A program made the position numbers and the translations under genes. Shown here one piece after another: positions 1 through 10,645 of a stretch of DNA of 64,000 nt. Each line of letters begins with the position of its first letter. Within the stretch, counting starts at the first letter, position 1. The notes beneath the pieces were generated by a model. It saw only the letters and a program-made list of their open reading frames with translations. It did no database searches and had not been told where the DNA came from. Source of the stretch: an uncultured candidate division Zixibacteria bacterium (GTDB lineage: Bacteria > Zixibacteria > MSB-5A5 > GN15 > FEB-12); NCBI GenBank assembly GCA_963664195.1, contig OY760907.1, positions 1,792,001 through 1,856,000 of the forward strand, in the 5' to 3' direction.

Positions 1-4
1 CGAT

Positions 5-1639
5 ATGGCAGCCGCAATTGGCGAAATGATGTCAACGGCACTGGTCAACACCGGCAAATTCATCGTGTTGGCCTCTCAGGAGGAAACCGCCGAGTTGGCC
101 GAAGAGATCGACTTTGCCCAATCCGGCTATGTTGAGGAAGGTCGCGGAGCGGAGAAAGGCCTGATGGAAGGTGCCGACCTGCTCATCACCGGCGCCGTGA
201 CGACGTTTGAACCGGATGCCGGCGGGGGAGGCGGCATGCTCGGAGGAATTAGTAAGAAGGCGTTCGGCAAGGTCGGCGTATCCTCCAAAAAGGCCAAGAT
301 GGCGGTGGAAGTCAAATTGATCGACATCCGCACCCGTCGGGTGCTCAAAGCCAAGACGGTTACGGCCGAGTCCAAGAAGTGGAAGACCTCAATGACCGGC
401 GGCGGCTGGGTCGAGGATGTGGCGCTGGTCGGCGGTCTCTCGCAGTACTCCAACGAGCCGATGGAAGACGCTATTCGCGCCACGCTCGCCAAGTCTATCG
501 AGATGATCTCCAAAGAAGTCCCGAAAGAGTACTACCGATACCAGGGGCAGGGTCAGTACACGCAGGAATACGGCAAGTCCGGCGGTCAGGCTCAGAGCCA
601 GGCTTCTGCCACCGCAGGCAATGCTGCAACCAGTGGTGCCGCGACCGCTTCGGCAGCCGTTACGACCGCTCCTGCTGCCGAAGACATGACCCTCTACACC
701 AAATATGATTTCATTCCCGGCGACCGGGTCATCTTCTACGATGATATGAAAAACGACGAGGAGGGTGAATTCCCGTACCGTTGGAAACTTGAACAAGGAG
801 TCTACGAGGTCGCACGGCTCGGCAAAGAGTTCTGGATCCTGGCCACCGATGACGGAAACATCCGCCCCAATATGCCCGACGCTCCGTTACCGGAAAAGTA
901 CACTGTCGAGTATGAGTATTATGACAAGGGCCAGGGTACCGACGGCAACTACCATTACATCTTTTGGGTTGACGCCGAAGGCAAGAACATCGCCTGCTTT
1001 GGCGTGTATGGAGACAAGAGCACCTGGATGGAAATCGGTGGCAAGACCATTTCGGACAAGCCGCTTGATGCCCGCCCGCCCACGGGCATACAGACGATGC
1101 GCATCATGGCCACCAGCCGATCAATTAAGTGCTATGTCAACGAAACCCGTGTAGCGAATATCCCCAAAGTGGACGGGTTCGCGCCGGTTGGATTCCGCCT
1201 GCATCACCGTCCGTACGCCAATACAGATAATCCCGTTCTGTTCCGCGGCTTCCGGTTTGCCGAGGGCGGAAAGAGTATGCGGGCGCAGTTGGAGGAGAAC
1301 GGAAAGATTGTCACTCACGGTATCCTGTTCGATTCCGACAGTCACAAGATCAAAGCGGAGAGTTTCAAGACACTGAAGGAAATCGGACGGCTCTTTGAGG
1401 ACGATCCCGAGCTTCGCCTGTCAATCGAGGGGCACACCGACACCGACGGAAGCGACACGCACAACGCTGAGTTGTCGAAGAGTCGTGCTGACGCTGTGCG
1501 CAACTACTTGATCGCGACCTACGGTGTCAACCCGGCCAACCTGGAAGCCAAAGGCTGGGGTGAATCAAAACCAATCGACTCAAACGATTCTGCCGAAGGC
1601 AAAGCGAACAATCGACGTGTCGAACTTGTACAGTTATAG
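5..1639 (+). CDS. CsgG/HfaB-like N-terminal domain fused to C-terminal OmpA-like peptidoglycan-binding domain (probably 5'-truncated by window)
   Basis: N-terminal 'TALVNTGKFIVL...GADLLITGAVTTFE...VKLIDIRTRRV' resembles the CsgG fold. C-terminal 'GILFDSDS...IEGHTD...NAELSKSRADAV...GWGESKPI...NRRVE' is an OmpA_C motif set. Confidence 0.8.
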   Translation: MAAAIGEMMSTALVNTGKFIVLASQEETAELAEEIDFAQSGYVEEGRGAEKGLMEGADLLITGAVTTFEPDAGGGGGMLGGISKKAFGKVGVSSKKAKMAVEVKLIDIRTRRVLKAKTVTAESKKWKTSMTGGGWVEDVALVGGLSQYSNEPMEDAIRATLAKSIEMISKEVPKEYYRYQGQGQYTQEYGKSGGQAQSQASATAGNAATSGAATASAAVTTAPAAEDMTLYTKYDFIPGDRVIFYDDMKNDEEGEFPYRWKLEQGVYEVARLGKEFWILATDDGNIRPNMPDAPLPEKYTVEYEYYDKGQGTDGNYHYIFWVDAEGKNIACFGVYGDKSTWMEIGGKTISDKPLDARPPTGIQTMRIMATSRSIKCYVNETRVANIPKVDGFAPVGFRLHHRPYANTDNPVLFRGFRFAEGGKSMRAQLEENGKIVTHGILFDSDSHKIKAESFKTLKEIGRLFEDDPELRLSIEGHTDTDGSDTHNAELSKSRADAVRNYLIATYGVNPANLEAKGWGESKPIDSNDSAEGKANNRRVELVQL

Positions 1640-2095
1640 TTCATTGATATAACGGACTTTGCCGGGCGGGATTACTCCTGCCCGGCAATCAATAGTGCCT
1701 GGGCCCTGGTGCCGCACCGTCCGGTGGCCCAACCCGTGCCTCGGGTGGGGAATAGCCGCGTTCTCGCTCTGTGACCGCCATAGTCCTGTGACCGCCAGGG
1801 GTGGAACCCTGGCGGATTCGATTCCGATTGACAATGATCCGCAATTGTGTATCGTGAAGGCGACCTTAGTTCAATCAGACTCACTCGATGATTCTTGAAA
1901 GAAGTGTGGCAGTCGAAGGATTACGCACTCATGGACCTGTAAACCCACTCTGGCACGGGCGGGCTACCGGTTTGCTCATATCGTCGGGGTGGCCAATTGA
2001 CTACCTCTTGTGTAGCTCGGTAATTGCATCAGGACTACGGTCTGTCAGGCGCGAATGAACATGTAACGCGACCAGACTGTGCCCCGATTCCCCGC

Positions 2096-2311
2096 CTACT
2101 CCGAGTCCTTCTCTGAATCCTTCAGCTTCTTCGCCATCGACGTTGCGTACAGAAACAGCACGATTGACGACAGCAGGACTACGCCGGCCAGCACTATCAT
2201 CGTGATCGGCGAAACATGGTCAGCCGTCAGGACAGCCGCCGTAACTGCCACCACAGCCACTGCCACTACAATCAGAAGTATCTTTCTCAAATCGAGCTTA
2301 GTTGATGCCAT
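2096..2311 (-). CDS. small two-TM membrane protein
   Basis: 71-aa ORF with two hydrophobic helices and a charged tail; GGAG upstream of the ATG. Confidence 0.55.
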   Translation of the reverse strand: MASTKLDLRKILLIVVAVAVVAVTAAVLTADHVSPITMIVLAGVVLLSSIVLFLYATSMAKKLKDSEKDSE

Positions 2312-2677
2312 TGCTCCGCTATCTCCTGCTAGACTCCCGACCTCAATGAGCCGGATTTATGTCATTGACAACAGTGCATTATAGTGCCCGGGGATTCAAT
2401 ATGAAAGAAATGATGCAGCAGGAATCCGTGATCGCAACCGACCTGATCCAATGGAACAGGGCCGGCCGACTCAGGTCGGCCAACCCTGATTGCCCCCTCG
2501 TGGTATCGGACCGTCCGGAAGGAAACCGCTTGATCCAGGATAGGCCGCCAGCCCGTACAAGTCTTTGACCTGAGTCAAATCTCCGTGAGATTTGCCGTTA
2601 TTCTCTGTGATCCCGATCTCTGTTGTGTCGCCAGTTTTTTTGTAAGAATCCTCCGTCCCCTTATGTATAATACACCA

Positions 2678-3781
2678 ATGATGGAAACCGTCTCTGATAA
2701 ACAACTCAAGCAGGCGACCGCCCTCGTGGGCGACCTGTTTGCGGTCGATGCCTGGTACGAACAGACGCACCGGCTTGTCTTGTCGTTGCGGTTTCGTTTC
2801 GAGCCAGTGAAATCAAAGCGGCTGCTGGAGGACCGTCTGAAACTTGCCGGATACACCTACAGCCTGTCGGAGATAGATCAAAATCTCGTGCTCACGCTTG
2901 ACCCCAATCCCAGACTCCGTATCCCCCGACTGAACATCATCCTGTTCCTGGCAACACTCATCAGCGTCTATGTCCTGCCGGTGTTTTCGTTCAATCTTCA
3001 TCGTGCGCATTCGTTTTCAGACGGCGTGTCAATGGCTCTCGACGATCTGGGTCGCGGAGTGGGAATCGAATTCACTCTGGCCCTGATGTCGATTCTTCTC
3101 GTTCACGAGATGGGGCACTTTGTGGCCAGTCGACGTCGCGGGATCATCACATCGTGGCCGTACTTCATTCCGGCACCGAATGTCATCGGTACCTTTGGTG
3201 CGGTAATAAGGTCGAAGTCGCCGTTCTGGAACCGGCGTGATCTTATCGAGGTCGGTGCCGCCGGTCCGATTGCCGGGTGGATTGTTGCGCTTTTCTGGCT
3301 GATATACGGTTTGTCTCAATCGGCTATAGCGACTCCGTACAATGTTACTTCCACTACGATGCCGATGATTCTCGACGGCGAGTCTCTGCTCATTAAGTTC
3401 CTCACGCCGTTGCTGGCCGGGGTTGGCGTTCCGGGGACGTTTTACGCGTTCACCGAGGCGGCCTTTGCTGGTTGGGTGGGGATGCTTGTGACGGCTATCA
3501 ACATGCTGCCGATAGGTCAACTCGACGGCGGCCATGTCCTTTACGGGCTTACCCGTGAGAGACAGCACGTTCTTGGGTGGATCGCGATGGTTGTCCTGAT
3601 CGGTTTGGGATTTCAGTCAATGATGTGGTGGGTGTTTGCCGCTCTGGGACTGATCTTCGGGGTGCCGCATCCGCCGACACTTGATGATCGCAGAGAGCTT
3701 CCGATGTCCGCCAGAGTAATGGGCTGGGCATCTATCGTGATCTTCGTGATTTCGTTTACGCCAATTCCATTTCGGAATTGA
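2678..3781 (+). CDS. site-2 protease family (peptidase M50) intramembrane metalloprotease
   Basis: HEMGH zinc motif, AAGPIAG, NMLPIGQLDGGH motif, several TM helices. Start placed at the MMETV ATG. Confidence 0.9.
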   Translation: MMETVSDKQLKQATALVGDLFAVDAWYEQTHRLVLSLRFRFEPVKSKRLLEDRLKLAGYTYSLSEIDQNLVLTLDPNPRLRIPRLNIILFLATLISVYVLPVFSFNLHRAHSFSDGVSMALDDLGRGVGIEFTLALMSILLVHEMGHFVASRRRGIITSWPYFIPAPNVIGTFGAVIRSKSPFWNRRDLIEVGAAGPIAGWIVALFWLIYGLSQSAIATPYNVTSTTMPMILDGESLLIKFLTPLLAGVGVPGTFYAFTEAAFAGWVGMLVTAINMLPIGQLDGGHVLYGLTRERQHVLGWIAMVVLIGLGFQSMMWWVFAALGLIFGVPHPPTLDDRRELPMSARVMGWASIVIFVISFTPIPFRN

Positions 3782-5285
3782 GAATCTCGTCGAGACAGCT
3801 TACATCAAAATCCCGTCCGTACAGATCGGTGAAATCGATCTTGCCCGATTTCAGTACGGTGTAGAACGCCCGGACAATTGCCGGGTCAAACTGCGTGCCG
3901 GAGTGTTCCGTCAGCTCGCGGATAGCAACCTCGATTTCAGCTCCCTTACGATACGGGCGATCGGACATGATGGCGTCGAACGTATCCGCCACCGCCAGCA
4001 GACGACCTTCCTCAGGAATTTCGTTTCCCTTGAGACCTTCCGGATATCCCTGGCCGTCGTACCGCTCGTGGTGACCGATGATATACGGCACCGAGGGTTT
4101 GAAGAGGTCAATCCCGCGAATAATCTGAAGGCCCAGTTGCGGATGTTCCTGCATGCGGGCGCGTTCCTCGTCGGTGAGAATCCCGGCCTTGTTAAGAATA
4201 GCATCCGGGACGCCGATTTTGCCTATGTCGTGCAGCGTACAACCCATCCTGAGATCGTTTATCCGGCTTTTCCTCCAGCCGAGTTCGCGGGCGATTTGCT
4301 CCGCTATTTTCATCACACGGTCGGTATGACCCGCTGTGTATTGGTCGCGGGCTTCAATTGAGTTCGCCAGCGCCGTAATAGCCTGCAGGTAGGAGTTCTG
4401 GAGGTCATGGTACAGCTTCTGGTTGGCGATTGCCGAGGCCGCCGAAGAGGCGAGAATCGACAGGGCGTCCAACTGACCGTGGGGGACCATCTCAGAGCGT
4501 GAGACCAGTCTGACATTGATGACACCGTGGAGAGTCTTTCGAATATACACCGGATTGGTGATGAGAATCCGATGCATCTGGGTGGTGTCTTTCAGGAAAG
4601 GCTCCACCTTCATTGAGGGGGACGTATTAAGCTCTTCAAGGAATGGGGCGAGCAGGGATTCATCAAGCACCGCAGCGGCATCTTCCTCAGAGGATCTGCT
4701 GAGCCGCCTGATAGTCTCTCGTGAGTCTGGGTCAATCTGGATGATTGCCGAGGCATCTGCTGCCAACTCAGTATTGCACGAGTTGAGCACCAACTCCAGG
4801 TATGGATCGAGATCCTGACCGGTCCCAAAAAACGTATTGGCGACCTTGAGGAACTCTACCTGACCCTTGAGAGAAATGTTGTCCCGCAATATCTTCTGGT
4901 GCTCCAGGCCACGTTTGATGGTGGCGTTGAGCATTTCCAGTTTGAACGGTTTGACGAGGAAATCAAAGCCGCCGTGCTTGAGTACGGAAATTGCCGTCTG
5001 CACGGTCGGGTGTGCGGTCATGAGAATTACGATAGCGTCCGGGTGGTTTTCGAGGGCGGCCTCCAGAACCTGGATTCCAGAATACTCGCCCATGACCAGG
5101 TCTGAGAGCACCAGGTCTATAGGGTTGGCGGCAAGGTAGTCGAGCGCTTCACGAGGATCGCTGAACGCCGCAATATCAAAGTTGTCTTCCCCAAGGGACT
5201 CAATGATGATTCGGCAGATGTACTGCTCGTCATCTACGACAAGAATCCGTTTTTTCGGTTCGTGACGCATCGGTTTCCTTTCCAC
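3756..5285 (-). CDS. response regulator with receiver, GAF-like and HD-GYP c-di-GMP phosphodiesterase domains
   Basis: ILVVDDE...DLVM...KPF receiver; LHDIGK, HHERYDGQGYP and DTFDAIMSDRPYR HD-GYP motifs. Confidence 0.92.
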   Translation of the reverse strand: MERKPMRHEPKKRILVVDDEQYICRIIIESLGEDNFDIAAFSDPREALDYLAANPIDLVLSDLVMGEYSGIQVLEAALENHPDAIVILMTAHPTVQTAISVLKHGGFDFLVKPFKLEMLNATIKRGLEHQKILRDNISLKGQVEFLKVANTFFGTGQDLDPYLELVLNSCNTELAADASAIIQIDPDSRETIRRLSRSSEEDAAAVLDESLLAPFLEELNTSPSMKVEPFLKDTTQMHRILITNPVYIRKTLHGVINVRLVSRSEMVPHGQLDALSILASSAASAIANQKLYHDLQNSYLQAITALANSIEARDQYTAGHTDRVMKIAEQIARELGWRKSRINDLRMGCTLHDIGKIGVPDAILNKAGILTDEERARMQEHPQLGLQIIRGIDLFKPSVPYIIGHHERYDGQGYPEGLKGNEIPEEGRLLAVADTFDAIMSDRPYRKGAEIEVAIRELTEHSGTQFDPAIVRAFYTVLKSGKIDFTDLYGRDFDVSCLDEILNSEMELA

Positions 5286-5543
5286 GTTGTCGTCAGTAGC
5301 TTGTATCGGTCAATCTCAAGCGGTCACGACACGGCCTGAGTCCTTTGTCTAATAATTGCGCTTGGGGTTTTCGGGACTGGGGAGAGCGCCCCAGAGAATG
5401 ATCAATTTTTGCGTCGAAATCCGCCTGTAGTGCAGGTTCGCGGCGCTCACGTGCGGGGAGAGATTTACCGGGTTCTGTTTCTTGTCGACGTCAAGTATCT
5501 GGCGGATCGCTCGATAATCACTAATAAGGAGGATACGCCAAAC

Positions 5544-7946
5544 ATGAGAGTATACCCGAGTTCCGTCCGCCTCTTTCTGGTCACCGCAACACTATTGACA
5601 CTGTTCGTGCCGCAGGTATGGTCGGGGGACAAGCCGGCCGCACGTCTCGAGCCGATCGACAGGGTTGACTTCGTCAATCTTATGTCATCCCCTTCGCTTG
5701 TGACTGCAGGGCCGTGCACGCTGAGTGTTCACCAGGAGATTACACACTATATTCCCGGCTGGATTATCGGACAGGAGTGGTACAAGGGGTATGTCGATCC
5801 CTCAATGGGTTGTCCCGATGCGTATCCGTTCACCGTGACGGAAATCAACATGCCGGTGAAGTTCGACGCCGGCTCGCCGCTGAATGTGTCAGTTGACGTG
5901 GAAACGGTTGACTATACGACCATTCCCGGTTGCACCGTTCCCGGTGAGATGATTGTATTCTCGACAGAATATCCCCTGCAGGTTCCGGCCGAGGGGGGAT
6001 CGTTTAATGTCTGGATTCCGCTTGATTCACCTATCGTGGTGAACGGACCGTTTTTTGCCGGCTTCTATATATCCAACCAGGTCTCGGAGGCGGCCAACGG
6101 GTCGGTCTATTGCGATTCTCTTCCGGTGGCCTGTGTTTCCTGGGACGCCTGGGCTGAGGATATCGGCTGGATTGACCTTACCGGCACCGATGCCGGTTTC
6201 CCCGGCGTGCTGGCAATGCAGGTTGCCGGAATCGCGGGAGGCGGCAGTAGTGACCCCGACAGTGACGGTGACGGTGTGCCTGACGCAACAGACAACTGCC
6301 CGACTGTCGCCAATGCGGGGCAAGAAGATGCTGACGGTGACGGTATCGGCGACGCCTGTGATACCGGTGCTCCCGATGACGACGGCGACGGGATTCCAAA
6401 CAGCGCCGACAACTGTCCGGCGATAGCTAATCCGGGGCAGGAAGATGCTGACGGTGACGGTATCGGCGACGCCTGCGATTCGGGCGGCTCCGACAGCACG
6501 CGTTCGCAGATTGTTCTCGTCAACCCCCAACAGGGCGACACGCTTTTTGGTGCGGTCGAGGTTCTGGCCTGGGATAGCGCGTTCTCAGGAGTTATCGATC
6601 ATGTCTCGTTTTCATTCTCTGACGGTGGCTCACCCGTAGAATTCGGACGCTTGAACCGCCAGGCGGCAACGCTTCGTGATGGCGTCAATCCTACCCTGAG
6701 CGGCAGCGGCTATTCGGTTGACTGGGATTTCTCATATCTGCCGGAGGGTATCTACACAGTTCTAGTCAGCTCGGTTGACAACTCCGGTGACAGCTCAGTC
6801 GCTACGGCTGTGGTCATACTCGAACCGACTCCGCCGACTCCGGTGATCGTTACCCCTTCCGACGGCGCGCCGTACTGTGCGCCCTTGAATCTTCAAATGG
6901 CTACGACAGACGAGAACATGTCGTACATACAGATTTACGAGAACGAGATTGAGGACATTTATTCCGCAGGGGTGACGCCGATAAGCCAGTTCTCGGTCGG
7001 TGATGCCGACGGCGACCCCTCCGATGGTAACCTCGCCTCCCAGGGTGAGTTCGGTGACTACTACTCGGCGCCGACCGCGGCGGCTATGGCCGCCCGAGTC
7101 TGGTATGATCGCGGCTACACAAATATCATGAAAGAAGGCGTCGGGTTCTTGACGCTGGGTGATCTTGCCGAGGCGTTGGCGAGGGTGTTCAAGACGCGCC
7201 AGAACCGTGGGACTTATGACGATGCTTTGTACGGAGGGCTTGAGTCTTACTTCGCCAATCATGGCAGCGATCTTGAGTGCGGTCACCTTCGCCACCCGTC
7301 CTACTATCAGTTGCGGTCGGCAGTCGAGGATGACCAGCAGACGGTGATACTCGGACTCGGCGGCAATCCCGGATTCTGGGTGGCGGTTGATGGGTTCCTT
7401 GGCTGGACCCAGACCGATGGCACCTACCGGGTCACGGTTGCCAACCCGTTGGCCGGTGGGATACAGGTCACCGCCTGGCGTCATCAGATGGGCTACGATG
7501 AGATCTCGATCAACGATGTCTGGCACCCGGTTGAGATAATGATTTCGATGAAGGCCCGGACGTGGGAAGTCAACCGCGCTCTCATCGGAGTCGACTTCAA
7601 CCCGGCCGATGGCTGGAGCTACCTTTGGAACGAGCCAGGGCTTGTCGAGGGCAGCGTACTTTTCATTCGGGCTGTCGGTCGCGACGCAACCGCGTACACT
7701 TCCGAGTCGGTGATCATGACTGAGTTCAATTGTGCGGCGGTGTTCAAAGCCGGTGACTACAACGAGGATCAGGCGGCTGACATCGCAGATCTGTTCCTGC
7801 TCATCGACGCCATCGCGATGGGTGGCGAACCGCCGAGCGGGGGAATCGAACGAGCGGATTGCAACTGTGATCAGGCGGTCACGACGGCGGATATCGTGTA
7901 TTATATGAATTACCTGTTCGGGACATCCAGTCCGCCGTGCCGTTAG
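5544..7946 (+). CDS. secreted multidomain protein: thrombospondin type-3 repeats, C39-like domain lacking catalytic residues, C-terminal dockerin-like domain
   Basis: AAGGAGG RBS then signal peptide; two DxDGDGxPDxxDNCP...[10 protein letters not shown] repeats; C-terminal [14 protein letters not shown]...[16 protein letters not shown]. Confidence 0.75.
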   Translation: MRVYPSSVRLFLVTATLLTLFVPQVWSGDKPAARLEPIDRVDFVNLMSSPSLVTAGPCTLSVHQEITHYIPGWIIGQEWYKGYVDPSMGCPDAYPFTVTEINMPVKFDAGSPLNVSVDVETVDYTTIPGCTVPGEMIVFSTEYPLQVPAEGGSFNVWIPLDSPIVVNGPFFAGFYISNQVSEAANGSVYCDSLPVACVSWDAWAEDIGWIDLTGTDAGFPGVLAMQVAGIAGGGSSDPDSDGDGVPDATDNCPTVANAGQEDADGDGIGDACDTGAPDDDGDGIPNSADNCPAIANPGQEDADGDGIGDACDSGGSDSTRSQIVLVNPQQGDTLFGAVEVLAWDSAFSGVIDHVSFSFSDGGSPVEFGRLNRQAATLRDGVNPTLSGSGYSVDWDFSYLPEGIYTVLVSSVDNSGDSSVATAVVILEPTPPTPVIVTPSDGAPYCAPLNLQMATTDENMSYIQIYENEIEDIYSAGVTPISQFSVGDADGDPSDGNLASQGEFGDYYSAPTAAAMAARVWYDRGYTNIMKEGVGFLTLGDLAEALARVFKTRQNRGTYDDALYGGLESYFANHGSDLECGHLRHPSYYQLRSAVEDDQQTVILGLGGNPGFWVAVDGFLGWTQTDGTYRVTVANPLAGGIQVTAWRHQMGYDEISINDVWHPVEIMISMKARTWEVNRALIGVDFNPADGWSYLWNEPGLVEGSVLFIRAVGRDATAYTSESVIMTEFNCAAVFKAGDYNEDQAADIADLFLLIDAIAMGGEPPSGGIERADCNCDQAVTTADIVYYMNYLFGTSSPPCR
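6255..6480 (+). repeat. tandem intragenic TSP3 repeat (2 units)
   Basis: 'gaagatgctgacggtgacggtatcggcgacgcctg' occurs twice about 117 nt apart. Confidence 0.8.
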
Positions 7947-7960
7947 ACGAATTGAATAAG

Positions 7961-7991
7961 AAAAGAGCCGCCTGATCGGGCGGCTCTTTTT
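7961..7991. terminator. bidirectional rho-independent terminator closing the capsid cluster
   Basis: AAAAGAGCCGCC-TGATCG-GGCGGCTCTTTTT between convergent genes. Confidence 0.85.
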
Positions 7992-8014
7992 CTTGAGGTG
8001 GCAGTGGCTTGGGG

Positions 8015-9187
8015 TTACCAGGCAAACTGCCAGCTCGTGCTTGAGGGTATCGAGACACGCCTTCGGAGAATCGAACCGTCGGTGCGCGTAATCGTGAACT
8101 CGTATTCAGTGCTGTTTCCACTCAGCGAGGTGGACGGAATCAGGTCGAGATAGAAATACCCCGTTTCGTTGCTCTTAGTTGACACGGGGAAGGGAGAGAC
8201 AATCACCCCGCTGATCTGCGAGGCGCCACGGGGGAGATGCGCGGTGATAGTTGCACCTGCCTCCGGTTGGCCATCGACTGTAAACAGGTAGCCGTACACC
8301 CGGCAAAGCGAAGGTGATGAGGGCGTACCCGGATCAAAGCGCGCGGCGAAAACCGTGTCCATGCCTTCTCCCAAAACCGTGATTGTATCGTAGGTGGCAA
8401 AGAGATATCCGGGCGCGGTGGCTATTGCGATGTAGTCCCCGGCATTCAGATTGAATGCTGATTCCCCCGAGGCGTCAGTGACAGAGGCGGCGATCAGGCT
8501 GGACTGGTCGACATTTCTGATGGTTATGCTTGCTCCGGGCACTGTCTGCGATGATGAGGTGTCGAAGGCTACGATTGTGGTGGCGAAGGCACCGTCGCCC
8601 ATGCCGGGGCAATCGACATCGGTTAGAACGGTGTCTTCTGTGAAGTCGAAGGCCGATACCCAGTTGTCCTGCGACTGCAGCGTATCCAACACCGCTTTCA
8701 ACGAGTCGATTACGAGGTGCAGACTGTCGAGGGCCAGCCGCGAGTTGCGAGCCGCGATTCCGGTCGAGTCGCCGATATCATCCAGTTCCCAACCGGTCAC
8801 CTGAAAGCTGCCGGTGTTGGGGGTCGGTAATCCGAGCGACAGCGACTTTGCTATTACGGATATCGAATACGTGCCACTTGAACCGGGGCCGTCGATATCG
8901 CTCACTGCCGCACGGTAAGCGTAGACCGGGAATCCGCCAATGGATGAGCTGAGCAGCCGTGACGAGGAGTTGTTGATCTCCTCGAAGAAGACAGCGGTTC
9001 CTCCCGGACCGATCACGGTGACAAAAAAACTGTCGGCAGCCACCGGGCATCCGAGAGAGTCCAGAGAGTGGAGAGCGAAGCAGACTGAATCCTCGCTCGA
9101 ATTGCCGGAGTTGTTCACTATGCCAAAGGCGGACGCGGAAACGGGGGCGGTCAACCAGAGGAGTAAGGTTATCAATCGAATCATCAT
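8015..9187 (-). CDS. secreted Ig-like / carboxypeptidase-regulatory-like domain protein, last gene of the capsid cluster
   Basis: The ATG at 9187 overlaps the upstream stop (ATGA). Signal peptide MMIRLITLLLWLTAPVSASA; VPGASITI...TDASGE...YIAIATAPGY and CRVYGYL...GQPEAGATITA beta-sandwich patterns. Confidence 0.65.
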   Translation of the reverse strand: MMIRLITLLLWLTAPVSASAFGIVNNSGNSSEDSVCFALHSLDSLGCPVAADSFFVTVIGPGGTAVFFEEINNSSSRLLSSSIGGFPVYAYRAAVSDIDGPGSSGTYSISVIAKSLSLGLPTPNTGSFQVTGWELDDIGDSTGIAARNSRLALDSLHLVIDSLKAVLDTLQSQDNWVSAFDFTEDTVLTDVDCPGMGDGAFATTIVAFDTSSSQTVPGASITIRNVDQSSLIAASVTDASGESAFNLNAGDYIAIATAPGYLFATYDTITVLGEGMDTVFAARFDPGTPSSPSLCRVYGYLFTVDGQPEAGATITAHLPRGASQISGVIVSPFPVSTKSNETGYFYLDLIPSTSLSGNSTEYEFTITRTDGSILRRRVSIPSSTSWQFAW

Positions 9188-10338
9188 TGAGGAATTCCTT
9201 CCGTGAGAAGCCGTCGACGGTTGGTCGTTCGCGTCGACAGTTCGTTGGTCGAGTAAACAGCGTAGGCGGAGTAGCGATAGGAGCGGAGATTGATCAGAAA
9301 CCACGGATCGCAGAACGATGAGCCGCTGCATCGCGGACAACTATTTGCAAACGTATCATAGGCGACACGGGTGGCATCCGACATATTTTCAGCCTCGACA
9401 ATGGCATAGGTTGTTCCTGTCGTGAGGGTGATGTTCACTGCGGCCGCTACCCATTGTGCGGCCGACGTTGATCCGATTCTGGGTGAACGGGCGGTCGGAC
9501 TGCCCGCAGGGCGACCGTCAACACCGCAGGCGTAGATTGCCAGCGCCGCCGAATCATCCGCGTACACGAAATACATGAACAGTGAGTCAATGACGGCGTT
9601 CTCGGGTGCCGTGAACAGATCATCGACGTAGGCCTGGGCGTAATTGTAGCTGTTTGAGAAATTGACGGTCGAGCCGCCTACCGTCTCACTTCCGAAGTGC
9701 GGATCAACTACGACCGGATACTTTGCTCGTGCCAGAAACCAGTCAGGAATGGTCAGGGTGAGATGGGTGCCGTCTATAAGCAGGTCGCACCAGACAGTGT
9801 CACCGGATGAGTCCCAGGCTTTCGGGCGGTACAAGTGAAAGGCTTTCCCTGTTCCGCGCGTGCCGGTTACGGTCGGGCAGGATTGGTAAACGGCGTAGGA
9901 TCCTATCACCGAGTCAGGGCGACGGGCGCCATCGGCTTTCTCCAGATCGGTCAAGGTGTCCTGATAGTGGAAACTGAGTCCGTGGTGTTCGACTCTATAC
10001 GTGAAGACGTTTGTGTCGGGCATAGAAGACACGAGTGTTTCCCACTCAAAGCCGCCGTCGGGAGTTGCATACAGACTGTGGCTGGCTCGGCTACCGGTCT
10101 CTGACGATAAGTTGTCGGCGAGATTCACCGAGAAACTACAGCGATCACCCCAGGCTGACAGAGTAAATCCGGGTGTTTCCGCCGGACCAATGGAGGCTGT
10201 CAGTTGTCGGTCCGCTGTGCTACGAGAGTTGGCCGCGTCATCCAGTCGGTAGGTGCGGCTGATTGGAGTTGACTGGCCGAGTGCACCACCACAGAGCACA
10301 AACAACACGCTGATGATGGCGATTGGTCTATTCGGCAT
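9184..10338 (-). CDS. secreted hypothetical protein with YPVVVDP motif (virion/surface-protein-like)
   Basis: Signal-peptide-like N-terminus MPNRPIAIISVLFVLCGGALG; 'RPKAWDSSG...LTIPDWFLARAKYPVVVDP'; overlaps both neighbours. Confidence 0.6.
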   Translation of the reverse strand: MPNRPIAIISVLFVLCGGALGQSTPISRTYRLDDAANSRSTADRQLTASIGPAETPGFTLSAWGDRCSFSVNLADNLSSETGSRASHSLYATPDGGFEWETLVSSMPDTNVFTYRVEHHGLSFHYQDTLTDLEKADGARRPDSVIGSYAVYQSCPTVTGTRGTGKAFHLYRPKAWDSSGDTVWCDLLIDGTHLTLTIPDWFLARAKYPVVVDPHFGSETVGGSTVNFSNSYNYAQAYVDDLFTAPENAVIDSLFMYFVYADDSAALAIYACGVDGRPAGSPTARSPRIGSTSAAQWVAAAVNITLTTGTTYAIVEAENMSDATRVAYDTFANSCPRCSGSSFCDPWFLINLRSYRYSAYAVYSTNELSTRTTNRRRLLTEGIPQ

Positions 10339-10645
10339 CGGCTTGTTTCCGGTGTGAGTTAGGTTGCTTGTCGGGAGGGGCGGTATCTTTCGGCGGCGGC
10401 GTCCCGAGGACGTCCTGACGCACTCTGGAAATCATGTCCCAGGCTTTCTGCTGAGAGGCATTGTCGGCGGTTAGTTCTTTGCACTGCTGTATCATTTTCC
10501 ACAAGTCTCCTATTTTGGCGTGTTGGGCTATCTGTTCGGCAAACGTGATAAATGTCAGCCGGACGGCATCGTTTAGCCGCGGGACGATATTGCTTGTCGC
10601 ATCTTTCTCTTTGGTGGCGGCCATGGATCTAATCGCCCATTTCAA
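10328..10645 (-). CDS. hypothetical protein in capsid cluster
   Basis: ORF overlapping both neighbours in the same orientation; start may be the internal ATG at 10624. Confidence 0.5.
   Translation of the reverse strand: MKWAIRSMAATKEKDATSNIVPRLNDAVRLTFITFAEQIAQHAKIGDLWKMIQQCKELTADNASQQKAWDMISRVRQDVLGTPPPKDTAPPDKQPNSHRKQADAE

Noticed and set aside
2500..2545. SRP (4.5S) RNA suggested by TCCGGAAGGAA
   Set aside because: The flanking conserved TCAGG and GCAGC elements are missing.
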